64,000 bases of DNA from Antedon mediterranea (GCF_964355755.1 NC_092673.1:28951648-29015647); one strand, 5' to 3'; shown: positions 15,201 through 27,400, counted from the stretch's first letter. The notes: generated by a model from the sequence alone, not told the origin. Numbers and translations: made by a program.

Positions 15201-18200
15201 ACCCTTGCGTTGTTGTTGTGTCTCTAGGGGAACCATGTACATTAAAAGTAAAGAAGAGAGTTGCAGAATCACAAATTAGAAGTCAAGGCCTTGCCTCTTA
15301 AGGATCTTTTACCAGTTGAAAAAATATTAAATGAATAAGAATATGTAGCTATTTTGAAGGAATGTCACAATTTCTTTAGAAATAGCTTCTGTCTACAATC
15401 CAATTTGTGATAAGTGGTCATTTTCATACAGTATATTATTTGTTATCCAATTTTTTATAGCCTCCAGGAATTTAAATTTATTTTCATATTCTAACAACAT
15501 ATATAAATCCCCATATCTGTCATATCAAATAGATAAAAAGAAAATTGAGCTTAAATTAATATGAGCATTAAAATACTGATACACTAATACTGCGCATTAA
15601 TAGTTAAAGTAAAACTCTGTCTACACTATCAAAATTTAGGTGACAAAAAAAGTGATGATGTACCCAAATATGGACATAGTGATGTCATATCACTACCATA
15701 TTTGGGCATATCATTACCACATTTGGTCAATTGTTTGAGTGAGAGTATGTTACTATTCTGTAAACAGCCATACAGCCATAACACATTTTTAACTTAAGGC
15801 TTTCAATGATTTAGTTTTTAGTTTAAGCTGTTTTAAATTATGTTTTAAATGTGTTGTAGGGTCCTTCAGAAGAGCAGTTTTCATTAATATTACTGAGAGG
15901 GCTACCCTACTGAAGAAAACAAAATAAATAATATGTTGCACCATGATATTTAGAAGAACAATACGGTACTGCTGTTTAATGAAGGGAAAAGTATTGTAAA
16001 ATTTGTAGTATGGAGTCAATAAGCATTGTTCATTTGTTTATTTTCAATGCAAGATAATCAATCTCCTCTTTGATATATTTTGAGGCTGGTCAATTTTCTC
16101 TATGTGTTCTTAACATTTTTTATATGAATGATAATAATTGTCGAGAATTTATCGTCTGAAATATAAATGAATGTAATCATAGTTTTAAATTAAATTTTAA
16201 ACAATTTGTCTACATTTGTCTTCTAATCGTTTAGAATCAAATGACAAGTAACCAGATGAGACGAATTGAGGAGGAACGGTTGATGTTAAAATCTGAGTTA
16301 GACACGGCGTTAGAACGAGAGCAAAGTCTACGACTGGAACTAAACACAGTTAAGAAAGAGTTGTGTCAAATGGAGGCTAAGGTGAGAAATCGTTTATTAT
16401 TATTTTAATCAAATCGGATTCTTCCCTCATAAAGAGTTGCCACCTGTATTTTCTGAATTTTTGCATACACAAATTGTCATTTTAAATTTGTATTATTTGT
16501 TTTTGTGCGTTTCTTATGGACAGAACAAAGAAGAGTTAATGTCGATACGTTTACGAGAAACAGAAACACGAGCAACATTAGCAGAATTTACCCAACGCAT
16601 AGCAGATCTACACGTAGAGGTAATTTATGTCTTCATATACAATATAGGCATGATTGGTTTTATGCAGTATATTTATTGGTGTTTTTCTCTTTGTGCTAAC
16701 AAAACAAATCTATCTTTCAAAAAGCATGTATAAGTTACGTATTTTACTATATGGGAAATGTCTTTAAATTTGTTTTCAATTTTATTTATATATGAATCTT
16801 TAATAAAATTTAAAAATGTAATTTATTTACTTTGCATGCATTTTTCCATGTATTTATTTTCAAGCCGGAAGTTCAACAGTTTCTTTGTGAAATGATAGAG
16901 GTAATGTTCTTAAAGGTCATAAGGTCGTCTGCTTCATTTCATTAAAGGTCATGCATCCCATAATGCTTAGCAACACTAAGAAGTGATTGGTTGAACTATA
17001 TCTTATAAATCTATCCTTTGCTTTTTATATTTTTCTCAAACCTACATTCATTTATAATAATAACAGTGACATTATGCTATTGGTGAATTGGATTTGAATT
17101 CTTCACATTAGTCCGATGCACACAGAGACCTAGAGAAGTGTTTTATATATTAAAATGGGAGTATAATAATATTAAATGGTGGTCTGGTGGCTATAACAAG
17201 CATTTGTATTTTCACAGCACTGCTTACATATACATACACATGATATAGTGCATATATCATACAATTTTTTTTTCATTTACAGATTATATAATTTCTGATA
17301 TTTATTATTTAAAAACACACAAAATGTACATATAAGAAGGCAGCCAGGTTCACTCACCTAGAATTAAGTTCCAATTGTTATTACCCCTGATTTGTTTTTT
17401 TTTTCAATTATTTCGTTGAATGTGCCATTTTAATGTCACATATTAGTAATCCACCTTTACCATGGGTGGGAAGAAAAAGTAAAATAAAGTTAATAACCTT
17501 AACTACAGAATTATTATTCAAAGTTTGATTTTATTCATCTCTTTCTTTTTCATGTTCTTCATCTTTTAAAATGACAAAGGCAGCAACATTTTTTAAATAT
17601 CTGGTCTACAACACAGACCTAGATAAAGTTTCCAATTTTGAGTGAAGTTAAAACAAACTACACTTTCACTCCGAACACACACTTAATTACTAATTGTTTT
17701 TACCTTTTTTCAGAAACAAGAACTATTAGCTAAAGAGCAGTTGAGCAACACAGAATCATTTCAGAATGTTCATGAACTCTACAATATAATTAAAGGATTA
17801 CAAGCTGAGGTAATTAGCATTCATTGGTTCTGTCCCATAATTTAGTTGCGGAAATTGCTCTCACATAATGAAAAGTTAGACTATAGTTATATCATCACAC
17901 TGATTAAGTGCCTGAGCGGTTAAGACAGTGCAACTATAATTACATAGCCATAACATTGGCAAGGGTTCAATGCTCCGTGTCTGGTGGTAGAACGAGTCTT
18001 CTTAGATAAGACTATAATGTGCACTTCAAAGAACCTAGTACATCTTTCGAGACGAGTAGGAGGTTACCCGGTATACTGGTACACCCACCGCCGCTGATCA
18101 TATCTGGGCCCTCTGGGAGACCACTCTTTGACTGAAGATGTCACCCAGTATAAATATATAATAATAATTACTTATAATCTGTAGGAATAGTGTATATGTG

Positions 18201-18559
18201 AACATGTACAGCATGTTTATTTTAAGGTTACTATATAGCTGTTATATTTATTCCCAGAGCCTTTAAATTTCTTGAATACTGTTGCCTTTGTACCACCATT
18301 GTACAAACAAATATTGAATTTTATTTTCTAGGTAAGACGATTAAAAATGGCGCAGAAAGTGAAAAAAACATCAGTTAAAGAAGACGCAGCCGCTTTCTTA
18401 AACGAATACGAAGATCTAGATGACGACAACGCATCGATCAACCTTCCTGACATCGACTCGTCAATATTTGAGGACGCGGACGGCATCGAGGGCGTGGAAT
18501 CAGTTGCTAAACAATCGCGGGAACGATTAGGGTCCAAATCTAGCGAGACTACTGTATAG
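254..18559 (+). CDS. EVI5: EVI5-family Rab GTPase-activating protein, 3' part (5' end lies upstream of the window); spliced
   Basis: Exons with GT/AG ends and continuous frame: 254-397, 738-827, 1259-1356, 1621-1681, 3130-3354, 8525-8677, 10344-10493, 11084-11248, 16235-16381, 16524-16619, 17714-17809, 18332-18559 (TAG). Translation includes the TBC C-terminus ELLPDLYTHF..FHTSMYASHWFLTLF, the EVI5 signature EEQVEMRRLRTETRLLRQRIDILEKE..LADKLIQDQLTRAQEAE, and repeated LQEELIAV[RK]LREAE coiled-coil motifs. Confidence 0.93.
827..1192 (+). repeat. 37-bp intronic minisatellite, about 10 copies
   Basis: Unit GGTAACCAAATTGGTCTCTAATCTTATACTCATTAAT; the first copy overlaps the EVI5 splice donor at 828. 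Confidence 0.9.
1470..1590. mobile_element. Copy of the most abundant Harbinger-type MITE family (about 14 copies or fragments in the window)
   Basis: TIR AGCTCTGTCTACACTATCAAAC...GTTTGATAGTGTAGACAGAGCT, often next to TTA/TAA. Other copies at about 421-541, 4638-4798, 9125-9190, 14240-14385, 15612-15730, 20167-20307, 41970-42135, 43893-44052, 53460-53560, 53624-53730, 54720-54815, 56238-56370, 56610-56695. Confidence 0.8.
1894..2990 (+). mobile_element. tRNA-derived SINE-like repeat, split by the MITE at 1996-2910
   Basis: Halves 1894-1992 and 2914-2990 join into a sequence matching uninterrupted copies at about 44980-45170 and 60465-60590 (GGTGGTTAACATGC..GGTTCAATC..CAGGGTTGTAAC..ATAGTTTATCCATCCTGTAATTG). 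Confidence 0.65.
1996..2910. mobile_element. PIF/Harbinger-type non-autonomous DNA transposon, copy 1
   Basis: About 38-bp TIR CGCCCGTATTCTTAAACCGGACTTTAGTCGTAGTTCGA; TTA target duplication at 1993-1995 and 2911-2913; near-identical inverted copy at 27458-28383. Confidence 0.9.
3455..3730 (+). mobile_element. tRNA-headed SINE with Deu-domain-like core
   Basis: Second copy at 17911-18170. Head TGAGCG(A/G)TTAAGAC...GTTCAA, core TTCGAGA.GAGTAGG.(A/G)GTTACCC(C)GGT similar to the Deu domain, (AAT)n tail. Family assignment is from recalled consensus. Confidence 0.6.
5409..5462 (+). CDS. EVI5: Candidate 54-nt EVI5 cassette exon (TMDKLLKAQGFMKDMVQK)
   Basis: TAG acceptor, AAG|GTAATG donor, phase 0-0 matching the host intron, no stop. 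Confidence 0.55.
6697..7558. repeat. 22-bp minisatellite, about 39 copies
   Basis: Unit CTACACACACCTACCTCCCCCT, very homogeneous. Confidence 0.97.
7736..8363. mobile_element. Harbinger-type MITE
   Basis: About 40-bp TIR AGGCCAATTTACACAGACGAGCGGTAACGGTAAGCGGTAA; TTA on both sides (7733-7735, 8364-8366). Confidence 0.88.
11335..11500 (-). mobile_element. tRNA-derived SINE fragment
   Basis: Minus strand reads GGGTGGTCTAGAGC...GTCGTGGGTTCGAGTACCACC (A and B boxes) but does not form a proper cloverleaf. Confidence 0.5.
14797..14895 (+). CDS. EVI5: Candidate 99-nt EVI5 cassette exon with GC donor (LRLFKLKEKFKLRSSSVDEEPDENTTESSFNYK)
   Basis: TTTTTAG acceptor, AAG|GCAAGT donor, 33 open codons, phase 0-0. 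Confidence 0.5.
16865..16900 (+). CDS. EVI5: Candidate 36-nt EVI5 mini-exon (PEVQQFLCEMIE)
   Basis: Pyrimidine tract plus CAAG acceptor, GAG|GTAATG donor, phase 0-0, TGCATG upstream. Confidence 0.45.
17911..18170 (+). mobile_element. tRNA-headed SINE with Deu-like core, copy 2
   Basis: Colinear with 3455-3730. Confidence 0.6.
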
Positions 18560-19664
18560 ATACTGAATGTAGGTTAAAATCTGGTGCTCTTTGTTTTAAA
18601 GGGTGATTAATATTTCTTGAATTAAGCGAACCATGTACTAATTTGATATTGACCCACTGACATTAATATTTTAGACATCGTTGTCAAGATTTTATTTGTG
18701 GATTTGATGGAATAAAATATGGTTGATTTAAGACCTAGGTCACATATGTTGCCCTTTGTGGAGGAATAAATTAGGGTTAACTGGCCTAGTTGAATGCATA
18801 TATGTTCAGGACCACATCTGTTTCATTTCACAGGTCAATTTGTACCAATATCTTATTGCATTACTGTTTGAAAATTGAGAATTATGTTAACTGGACATAG
18901 AGGAAATTATAGGTACAATGTTAACTGGACATATAGGAAATCATATGTACAATGTTAACTGGACATATAGGAATTCAGATGTACAATTAATGTTTTTTGT
19001 ATAATATTGTACATATAAATAATGTTGTTAATCTTTATATCACATATATATTTATTCTTATGCTAAGTGAGAATCAGAATAATAATAATATTAATAACTT
19101 GTTTTTATCTAGGTAGCCTTTGCATTACATCACAACTCCAAAATAGTACATTATTGAATTTCAATTATAGACAAAAAACAATTTGTATTTTGAAAATTAT
19201 GGAGGCACAAAGTGTAATAATTAAAAGAAATGTAACACTTTTCTTTTAATTATTTATTTAAACAAATGTGCAAGGAGGTGTTTTATCAATAGGTAGTGTA
19301 TAATTTTCTCTTGTTTTATATAGCTATAATTTGCTTTTTTTATTTCTTGCCATACTGTAGACCACATTTTTGTTTTTAAAACTCTAGGTTATAATTTATA
19401 TTGTGAATTAGTTTCATCATATCTCTATGCTATTCAAACAATGATAATTATATATAGATATATATTTTATATGTTTATAAAAATATTTAGTTGGATATTT
19501 AACATCTTTGAATTTAAATGAGAAGAGGGAAGCACATTTCTCTACCATTTTCTACCAATTCTCAGAGCTGTATCTCCACATACAACAATATTTGCCCAGT
19601 ATCATAGGAATATTTGGCAATGCAGTATTCTCATTTATGTTTATCACATGTGGTGCCTGTATCA

Positions 19665-20008
19665 TAGGTAATGCCATACTGCGTTGAAACACCGGTTCTC
19701 GTCAGATCACCGAAGTTAAGCAACGTTGGGCCCGGTTGCGTTCTGGATGGGAGACCGTCTAGAAATCGTGGCGGGTGCTGTATCTGGAGAGTGATGGTGT
19801 AATGGTAATATCGGACTAGCATGTGATAGGCATGGGTTCGAGGTTATCTGTACCATACTAATTGCATCCTTAGGCAAGATGCTTTACTCTCATTGCCTAA
19901 TCTGGTAGGCGCTGCACTGCTGGCTGCCGTGGGTCCGTGGAGGGCCTAATCCGAATTTCCTCACTGAGGACAAATATTAATACAAAATACAAAAATACAA
20001 AAAAAAAA
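19665..20008 (+). mobile_element. Chimeric SINE: 5S rRNA-derived head + tRNA-derived segment + core + A-rich tail
   Basis: About 19673-19783 matches metazoan 5S rRNA (GCCATAC..CGTTGAAACACCGGTTCTCGTCAGATCACCGAAGTTAAGCAACGT..GGATGGGAGACCG). It is followed by A box TGGTGTAATGG, B box GGTTCGA, core CCTTAGGCAAGATGCTTTACTCTCATTGCC and a (TACAAAA)n tail. Confidence 0.8.
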
Positions 20009-20909
20009 TGTTAGGTTACGAGTTACGGTATGATACTAGATAATACTTTGTGATGCATGCTGTCTTATGGCATTTTCCTACGATACTGGAGAAGTATAGA
20101 TACAGTACCGAGAATGACAATATTGGAATGCTACTGGTTTGTATGTTAGACCAACGCTGTCGGGAGTTTGATAGTTTACACTATCAAAGTTTATGTGAAA
20201 AAAATGTGATGTGCCTATATATGGACATGATGATGTCATATTACTATGATATTTGGGCACATCACACTTTTTTTGTCAAACTAGTTTGAAAGTGTAGACA
20301 GAGCTTTATACTGTGATCATCCAATTCTTTCTTCTTTTTTCAAATAAGCATATCCAAATGGTGCTGTTACTTTTGCAATTCATATAATAAATCTAAAAAT
20401 TTATATTTATATCAAATTCACTGACAAGAAAGAGTTAAAATGTGGTGATCTATAACATAGGGTGAATAGTAGCAATAAGTTTAACAGTATCAAACATACC
20501 AGTGTGTAGGTCGTTTAGGAATGTCAATTTGTTCATAAAACATCTGAAAATATATGTTTTGTGTCGATTTACAAAGGTATTGCTTTTAAGCTTGGTAGTA
20601 GGCGCAATGCTTGCGAGTTGACCAATTACAAGCTACTAATTGGATGATCTGTCCGGTCATGATTGGTCAAATCACTTATGGTACGGTTGTGTCATTGCGT
20701 TGCGGCCAAGTGGGAACCAAGCTTTTTAGAAAATAAACCCCATTTAACAATTTATAATCAGAAGAAATTTAAGATGGATAGTAGGTTGTGTTTTAATTTT
20801 ATTTTGCTTATTATTCAGTTTTTAAATCGGACCTTGTAACTACATTAATGGCGTAGCTTTTGAGCCTGTGTTTATTTTGGGTTATGATTTAGTTTCTTGC
20901 CATTGAAAA

Positions 20910-21186
20910 AGCTTGGTTAAACGCAAGGACGTAAAAAGCGCGCACAAAGTAATTGTCGCTTGTGATTCATTAGTCAACTTACTTGCGTTAAGCTTGGTTC
21001 CCACTACAGACGCAACGCAAGGGCGTAACGCAACGTCATCGATTTGACCAATAACAAGCGATAGATTATTGGAACTGTCGCTTGTCATTAGCTAACTCGC
21101 TTTCGTTGCGTCTACGTCCTCGCGTTGCGTCTGTAGTGGGAACCACGCTGAAAGCGCGTCTACGTCACTGCGTAAGAACCAAGCTT
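20910..21186. mobile_element. Nested pair of AGCTTGGTTCCCAC-family MITEs
   Basis: Inner copy at about 20990-21150 lies within an outer degenerate copy of the same family. Confidence 0.6.
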
Positions 21187-22553
21187 AATGTTCATGGTCG
21201 ACATACACGCACACGTGATCAAAACTCTGTGCATTGTGGGAAAACAGATATAGCAATTTACCTTACTATAGAGTTTTGTTTTGAAAAGCCAAAATGTGTA
21301 TATAAAATGAGTTGGCATGTTATTTATTGTTAGTTTGTAGCTGGGAACAGTTTTGCTGAGCAAATACTATAAATTATATATCTATGGTACATTAGTCTAT
21401 AAAAAACAATTGTGTAAAAATTGTTTTCAAAACGACATAATTTTGCCAATTCTAAATCAATCAGTCAAATTTCATTGTATCTAACTTTTGTTTTCAGATA
21501 TTATCGCAATAATTGAAAGAAAATAAATGTTTTAATTTAGTATTATGTGATTCAAGTTTTGCTTATATATCGATAGGAAATAGCACTACTGATTTTGAAA
21601 TTGTGTTTATTATACAATTGAATTATCGTGTAAATCAATTTAGTGTTAGTTTGCCTGAGAGGCCGAGGGTCGTGTGAATGCAACCTTGTCTTCTTATTGG
21701 AAGAAAAAACCCATGCATTATTTATAGATAGATTAAACTGATTTACTGTATTTATACAACAAGTATTAGACACTCCTGAAAACGGCAATAACAATTACGA
21801 GCATTTGTTATTGGTTTTCACTCTAAGGGTGCAACGCAGTTACTACGTTTGCGCAGCGCAAATACTTAGACCAATCACAAGCGCGAGTTCGGATTATCCG
21901 TCGTTTGTGATTTTATAACGCAATCTATGTGTGTCGTCGTCGTGTTTACGTCCTACAGTAGTGTGAAGTGAACCAATCGTATATAGAGGATTGTAAATGT
22001 CAATTCATTCAAAGTCCCTCCCCCTTTTAAGTTTTTTTGCGGTCCAAAAAAGACTAAATTTACTGCAACAATATAATATAACTTCCGTTTACAGAATGCT
22101 TTTGATTAAAGCAAATGTATTATCTTATAAATCACACCATGACCACCGATATCAGTGGTATCAAAATCTGGACGTCATGATCAATCATCAAACATATGTT
22201 TAAAAAGTTCAGCAAAGGTCAAAATTAGGTTTTGTTGTCATTTTGTACTATTATTGTGAAATTATTGTATTGACCTTGGCGCCTAGGGCTATTGGTAATG
22301 GAAATGTAGAAACTTCAGGAACAAGTATCCGTTGAGCGGATAACGATCAAGGGTAATATGTGTAATATAAATCGAAATCCTTTAAACTTCTACCGTCAAC
22401 AATAGCTTATTGTGTTATAAATTCACAGGTTTATAGTTTAACGCAAGTTACACACGATTATACTTTCTTAAATTGGTTTAGATAATGGAGTTTGACGCGC
22501 AATCAATCGCCTAGCAACGATTTCAAAATGGTTTCTTCACAAGACTGTTCTAA

Positions 22554-22732
22554 AGCTTGGTTCCCACTAGAACGTAACGCAAGGACGTAAACGCAACGCA
22601 AGCGTTTTAACCAAAGACAAGCGAAGTTATAGACAGTTAGCAATCACAAGCGAATAAGCCATCGCTTGTGATTGGTCAATTCACTTGCGTTGCGTCACGT
22701 CCTTGCGTTGCGTCGCTAGTGGGAACCACGCT
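22554..22732. mobile_element. Harbinger-type MITE (AGCTTGGTTCCCACTAG family)
   Basis: TIR AGCTTGGTTCCCACTAG/CTAGTGGGAACCACGCT with TAA duplication on both sides. Relatives at about 562-640, 15088-15236, 20588-20725, 21830-21975. Confidence 0.85.
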
Positions 22733-23647
22733 TAAGTTAAGCCAGCAACATCCATCTATAGCCTATGTTACGCAGCTATGTCCCCCCGTTAGCTAGTATA
22801 TTTGTTGTTGTCTTTTGTGAGATGCACTCACCTTTATTTTCTTTCAGTACATATACAGAGAAAAAACAAATGTTTTAACATTGTAGACATACTGTAATAC
22901 TAGGGAGAGTTAACCTTGCAACCGAAATTGCTGGTTTTGTTTAATTTCTTATGCTTGTTTAAATATATATTAGTTTCATTAAAATATAATAAAATAAGTA
23001 TGTACATAGTCAATAGTAGTAATACATTATACAAAAAGATAAACATCACGTGGTAAACCTATGTTAATGTTAGTGAATACAGACAGACATAATATAATAT
23101 TATTTGATCTTATTCGGTGTGGTTCTCGGTGATACTTTTAGGCCTATATCAACAATTTTAGATTCACGTTAATACATTTTAAATTTAAGAACTTGTTGTG
23201 ACCCGTTGAGCTTTTATGTTAGGTTTGTTTAGTCAATGATGAGCGGATTATATACTGTATGTCGTTTGTAAAATATTGACAGTGTTACTAGGCCTAATCG
23301 ATATTGAAGCACTAAACCTACCTACGTGTACGTTCTTAGTATAGCAACAAGATATTCAAACTATGTTTCGTTTGTCCATTTCGAAGTTCTTTTTATACGC
23401 ATTGAAGGATATTTGTACCATATGGGAAGAATAGAATTACACGATTACAATTTTAGAAAAACAAATTTAAGAAACTAAAAAATAAGATAATAAAAGAAAC
23501 TGCTGATGTGATTAATTTCATATCATATCATAGATTACATTAATCTAAATGTTAAATTTAATTTAGTTACGTTGCAATGCTGTTATGCTTCAATGGCGAT
23601 TGCATTTTACAGTAACATATTTTCTTTCTACACCTCTTCCCTGTCTG

Positions 23648-24090
23648 CAAATAAACAGTTTATCGGAATCCATGGTTGTACTGTAGCCTCAAATAAAGGA
23701 ACGGTTTATCGGAATCCATGGTTGTACTGTAGCCTCAAATAAAGGAACGGTTTATCGGAATCCATGGTTGTATTGTAACCTAAAATAAAGGAACGGTTTA
23801 TCGGAATCCATGGTTGTATTGTAATAAAATAAAGGAACGGTTTATCGGAATCCATGGTTGTATTGTAACCTAAAATAAAGGAACGGTTTATCGGAATCCA
23901 TGGTTGTATTGTAACCTAAAATAAAGGAACAGTTATCGGAATCCATGGTTGTATTGTAACCTCAAATACAGGAACGGTTTATCGGAATCCATGGTTGTAT
24001 TGTAACCTAAAATAAAGGAACAGTTATCGGAATCCATGGTTGTATTGTAACCTCAAATAAAAGGAACGGTTTATCGGAATCCACGGTTGT
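23648..24090. repeat. 46-bp minisatellite, about 9.5 copies, upstream of the MYP promoter
   Basis: Unit GGAACGGTTTATCGGAATCCATGGTTGTATTGTAACCTAAAATAAA. Confidence 0.95.
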
Positions 24091-24313
24091 GTTAGAGTCT
24101 GTGTCCCGACGCGATGACTCCAATATTTTACTTTGGCCTGCAATATAATGATCGACCGATTTTGTATAGGTCAATGGTTAACAGTAATCATCAATGGAAA
24201 CAATGTTGGTTTGTGTTTCGGTATAATGTTCCCTTCTAATTTTTGACAGTGATGGAATACATCACTATTGGTTCCGGATCCAGGGTAGTTATCTATATTT
24301 CAGTCATCAAAAT

Positions 24314-24345
24314 GGGCGGTTCCTGGCAGCGTAGATGCTATATAA
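24314..24345 (+). promoter_or_regulatory. Putative MYP core promoter: GC box and TATA box
   Basis: GGGCGG at 24314-24319 and TATATAA at 24339-24345, about 90 nt upstream of the signal-peptide ATG at 24433. Confidence 0.6.
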
Positions 24346-24432
24346 GAAACAGGCAAACAGATAATGACAATTGTCTTGTCTTTGTGCCCATCATCAAACC
24401 TTTCATACGAAAAGTGTGGAGGCACACACAGC

Positions 24433-24493
24433 ATGAAGTCGTTTATAGTGTTTAGCTTATTGGCGGCCGCTTTTGCTGTCCCAACTCCTAGCG
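24433..24493 (+). CDS. MYP: Signal peptide exon MKSFIVFSLLAAAFAVPTPS
   Basis: Basic N-terminus, hydrophobic core, AFA cleavage motif, G|GTAAGT phase-1 donor. Confidence 0.85.
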
Positions 24494-27400
24494 GTAAGTG
24501 TACATTTTATATTTTGTTGATGTGTGCAGTAGTAGCAGATGCAGGATTTGAAATGAGGAGGACCCAGCCATATATTATGTATTTTTCAATATATACGCCT
24601 GGGACCCGTCACAAAATAACATGAAAATTGATTAGCCATATCCATATATGGTGTGACGTAAGAGCCGCCTGTGTATGAGTCGAATGGATTAAACTATTGA
24701 CTTTCTATATCATGTCGATATATGGGGTTCAATTCCCATTAGCTGAGCTTCTTTAATGAAAGAGAGATTATTTAGAAGGTTAGATAAAGTTATATTTAGG
24801 AAGTAGTTTTTTTCAAAATGAGTCCCCAACTTATATACAAAAACAAAATCGCGACTCACTTCCGTCAGTCGCAGATCATCGTCAAAAGTTTGTTGGTGCA
24901 TCAATACCAGTTAAAAAAAAACAAATTAAAAATGTTCTCTACAGGATTCGGATAAACTTTTAGTAAACAAACGTTGTAGACTACGAAATTAGATCAAAAT
25001 GTTATGTCGGGTTAATGTAATAAGTTCTGACGACGATTCGACTTAATTTTTTTGTAAAAAGTTTAAAATTGTGGCACATATTGCGTTTCATACGTATGAT
25101 ACTGCACCACCGCCGGCGGCGGCCATAGTTGCCATTTCTGGCATTATTATGCTTTTTGGCATTATTTGGAGGCCCACGGCATCTGGCATAATGCCGCGGC
25201 ATTATTTAGCCGTTTTTAGCATAATCTGGCATAATTTTGTGTTTTTTGAACAACCAAAAAAATAATATACCACAGAACAAAAATAAAATATTTTGTTTAA
25301 TCTTGCAATTTTTAAAATACATATCACCTTACACAATATCATATTGTACAAAACAGATCTGTTCGGGTTTTCCGTACAATAGTTCTTCCATCCTTTTGTT
25401 TCGGACTTAAATAGACTCTTCGGATAGGAAGGCTGCTCGAAAACTACCGTGTGTGCGATATAGGCAGCACAACAAATCCGAAGAGGCTAGCTATTGGCCA
25501 ATTATGTTGCTCTATTTCAGAGACCATGCAGGTTATTGGATCCCCAGATATAGAGACAATTGAACGAAAACATTATGAAAGGGGTTTTGTTGTTTCAGTT
25601 CATAATTATAAGTGGCCGCACCTCTACCCCAACCCTTGAAATGGCAATTTCCAGTAACTAATTAGAAGCTCTAATTTTAAAAAGAATTTCTTCTAGGAGA
25701 ATTTGTTTTCCATATTTCAAATTATGTTCCATTTGCATCGTCGTAGCAACCCTATTTTTCCAAATGTTCTTCACCTCTCAGCCCCAGTAGTGACCATGTG
25801 GGCGAGGTAATTTTTATATTAAGTGCCATTTCCGCTCATCGAGCAGCTCTATTTTTCTATTTTTTTTACCTCACCCCAACCATGGTGGGGCTGAGGTCAT
25901 GGAGACACTTAATATATTTTTATTTCCTATTTTAAATTATAATTGCCATTTTCAAAACTATGATGGGCTAAGATCCTGGAGGTACTAATAAATATATTTT
26001 TATTTCATATTTGAAATTAAGTGCCATTTCCGCCCATTGAGCAGCTCTATTTTTCCAAATTTTCTTACCTCAGCACCAGCCATGGTGGAGCTGAGGTCCT
26101 GGAGACACTTAATATATATTTTTATTTCCTATTTTAAATTATAATTGCCATTTTCGAACTATGGTGGGCTAAGATCCTGGAGGTACTAATAAATATATTT
26201 TTATTTCATATCTGAAATTAAGTGCCATTTCCGGCCATTGAGCAGCTCTATTTTTTCCAAATGTTTGTACCTCCAGTCCCAACCATGGTGGGGCTGAGTC
26301 CTGGAGACACTTAATATATATTTTGATTTCCTATTTTCAATTATAATTGCCATTTTCGAACTATGGTGGGCTAAGATCCCGGAGACACTAATAAATATAT
26401 TTTTATTTCATATTTTAAATTAAGTGACATTTAAATCAGCATTTTTCAAAATTTTCTTATCAACCATGGTGGGGCTGAGGTCCTGGAGACACTTAATATA
26501 TATTTTTATTTCCTATTTTAAATTATAATTGCCATTTTCTAATTATTGTGGGCTAAGATCCTTTCATATTTGAAATTAAGTGCAAAGATCGAGCAGCTCT
26601 CATATTTCAGCTCAAAAATTCTAATTTCCATGGCTGTAACAGGTTTTTTTTTTGGGGGGCGGGGGGGTGGGGGGGGGAGAAGGGTTCGTGGGTTGGTGTT
26701 TGTTTCATATGCAATTACCATTTTCGCACCCCAGATATTTTTAGAATTATTAGTTATTACTCACAAAACTAAAAATACAATTTTTGAACGACATAGGGAT
26801 ACAATTTAGGCCCTATTTTGTGTCAGTTGGGGTTTTACAAATGTTTATTAGACATACAACCGTTGGTGGCGCTGTTTAGGGCCAAATTTTGGGGATCTGG
26901 CATTATTTTTCCCAATCTGGCATTATTTGAGACAGGATACGGCATAATTTAAATTTTATCGCTGGCAACGCTGGCGGCGGCGGCCAGAGCAGCAGCAGCG
27001 ACCACCACGTGCTAAAATGTCGACCGAGAAGGACAACAAAAGGGTTGGGGAAAACTAGACAAAAACAAGGGCTAAACTAGTCAAAAACATTTGATTGTAG
27101 AGATTTATGCTCAGTTACAAACTTATTGAGAGAGTGCTATGTGTAGCCTCCTCTAGGCCGACCATGGGCCGACCAGGGAGTTGTAAAATATTTTACAACT
27201 CCCTGGGCCGACTATGCCAGGCTTTATATCTATTCTGTACTCCGCCCTCTCTCGCTCGGATCCACGTTGTTGTTGTATACTTATGAAATCCGCGCCTTTC
27301 CATTTTTTTCTTTTATAAGGCCAGGCTAGGCCTATTTAATATTATTCTACATATCACAAAAACGTATGTGGCGCTCTTACTAAATGATACAGTATTAAAG

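Noticed and set aside
17112-17153. Alternative EVI5 terminal exon SDAHRDLEKCFIY*
   Set aside because: Weak acceptor and a short frame that could easily occur by chance; no further support.
19673-19783. Functional 5S rRNA gene
   Set aside because: The 5' end and internal control region are diverged, there is no oligo-T terminator, and it runs on into tRNA-like and tail sequence, so it is better read as a SINE head.
23648-24090. CRISPR-like array (also considered for 827-1192 and 41477-41617)
   Set aside because: Units are contiguous with no unique spacers, there are no cas genes, and the context is eukaryotic.
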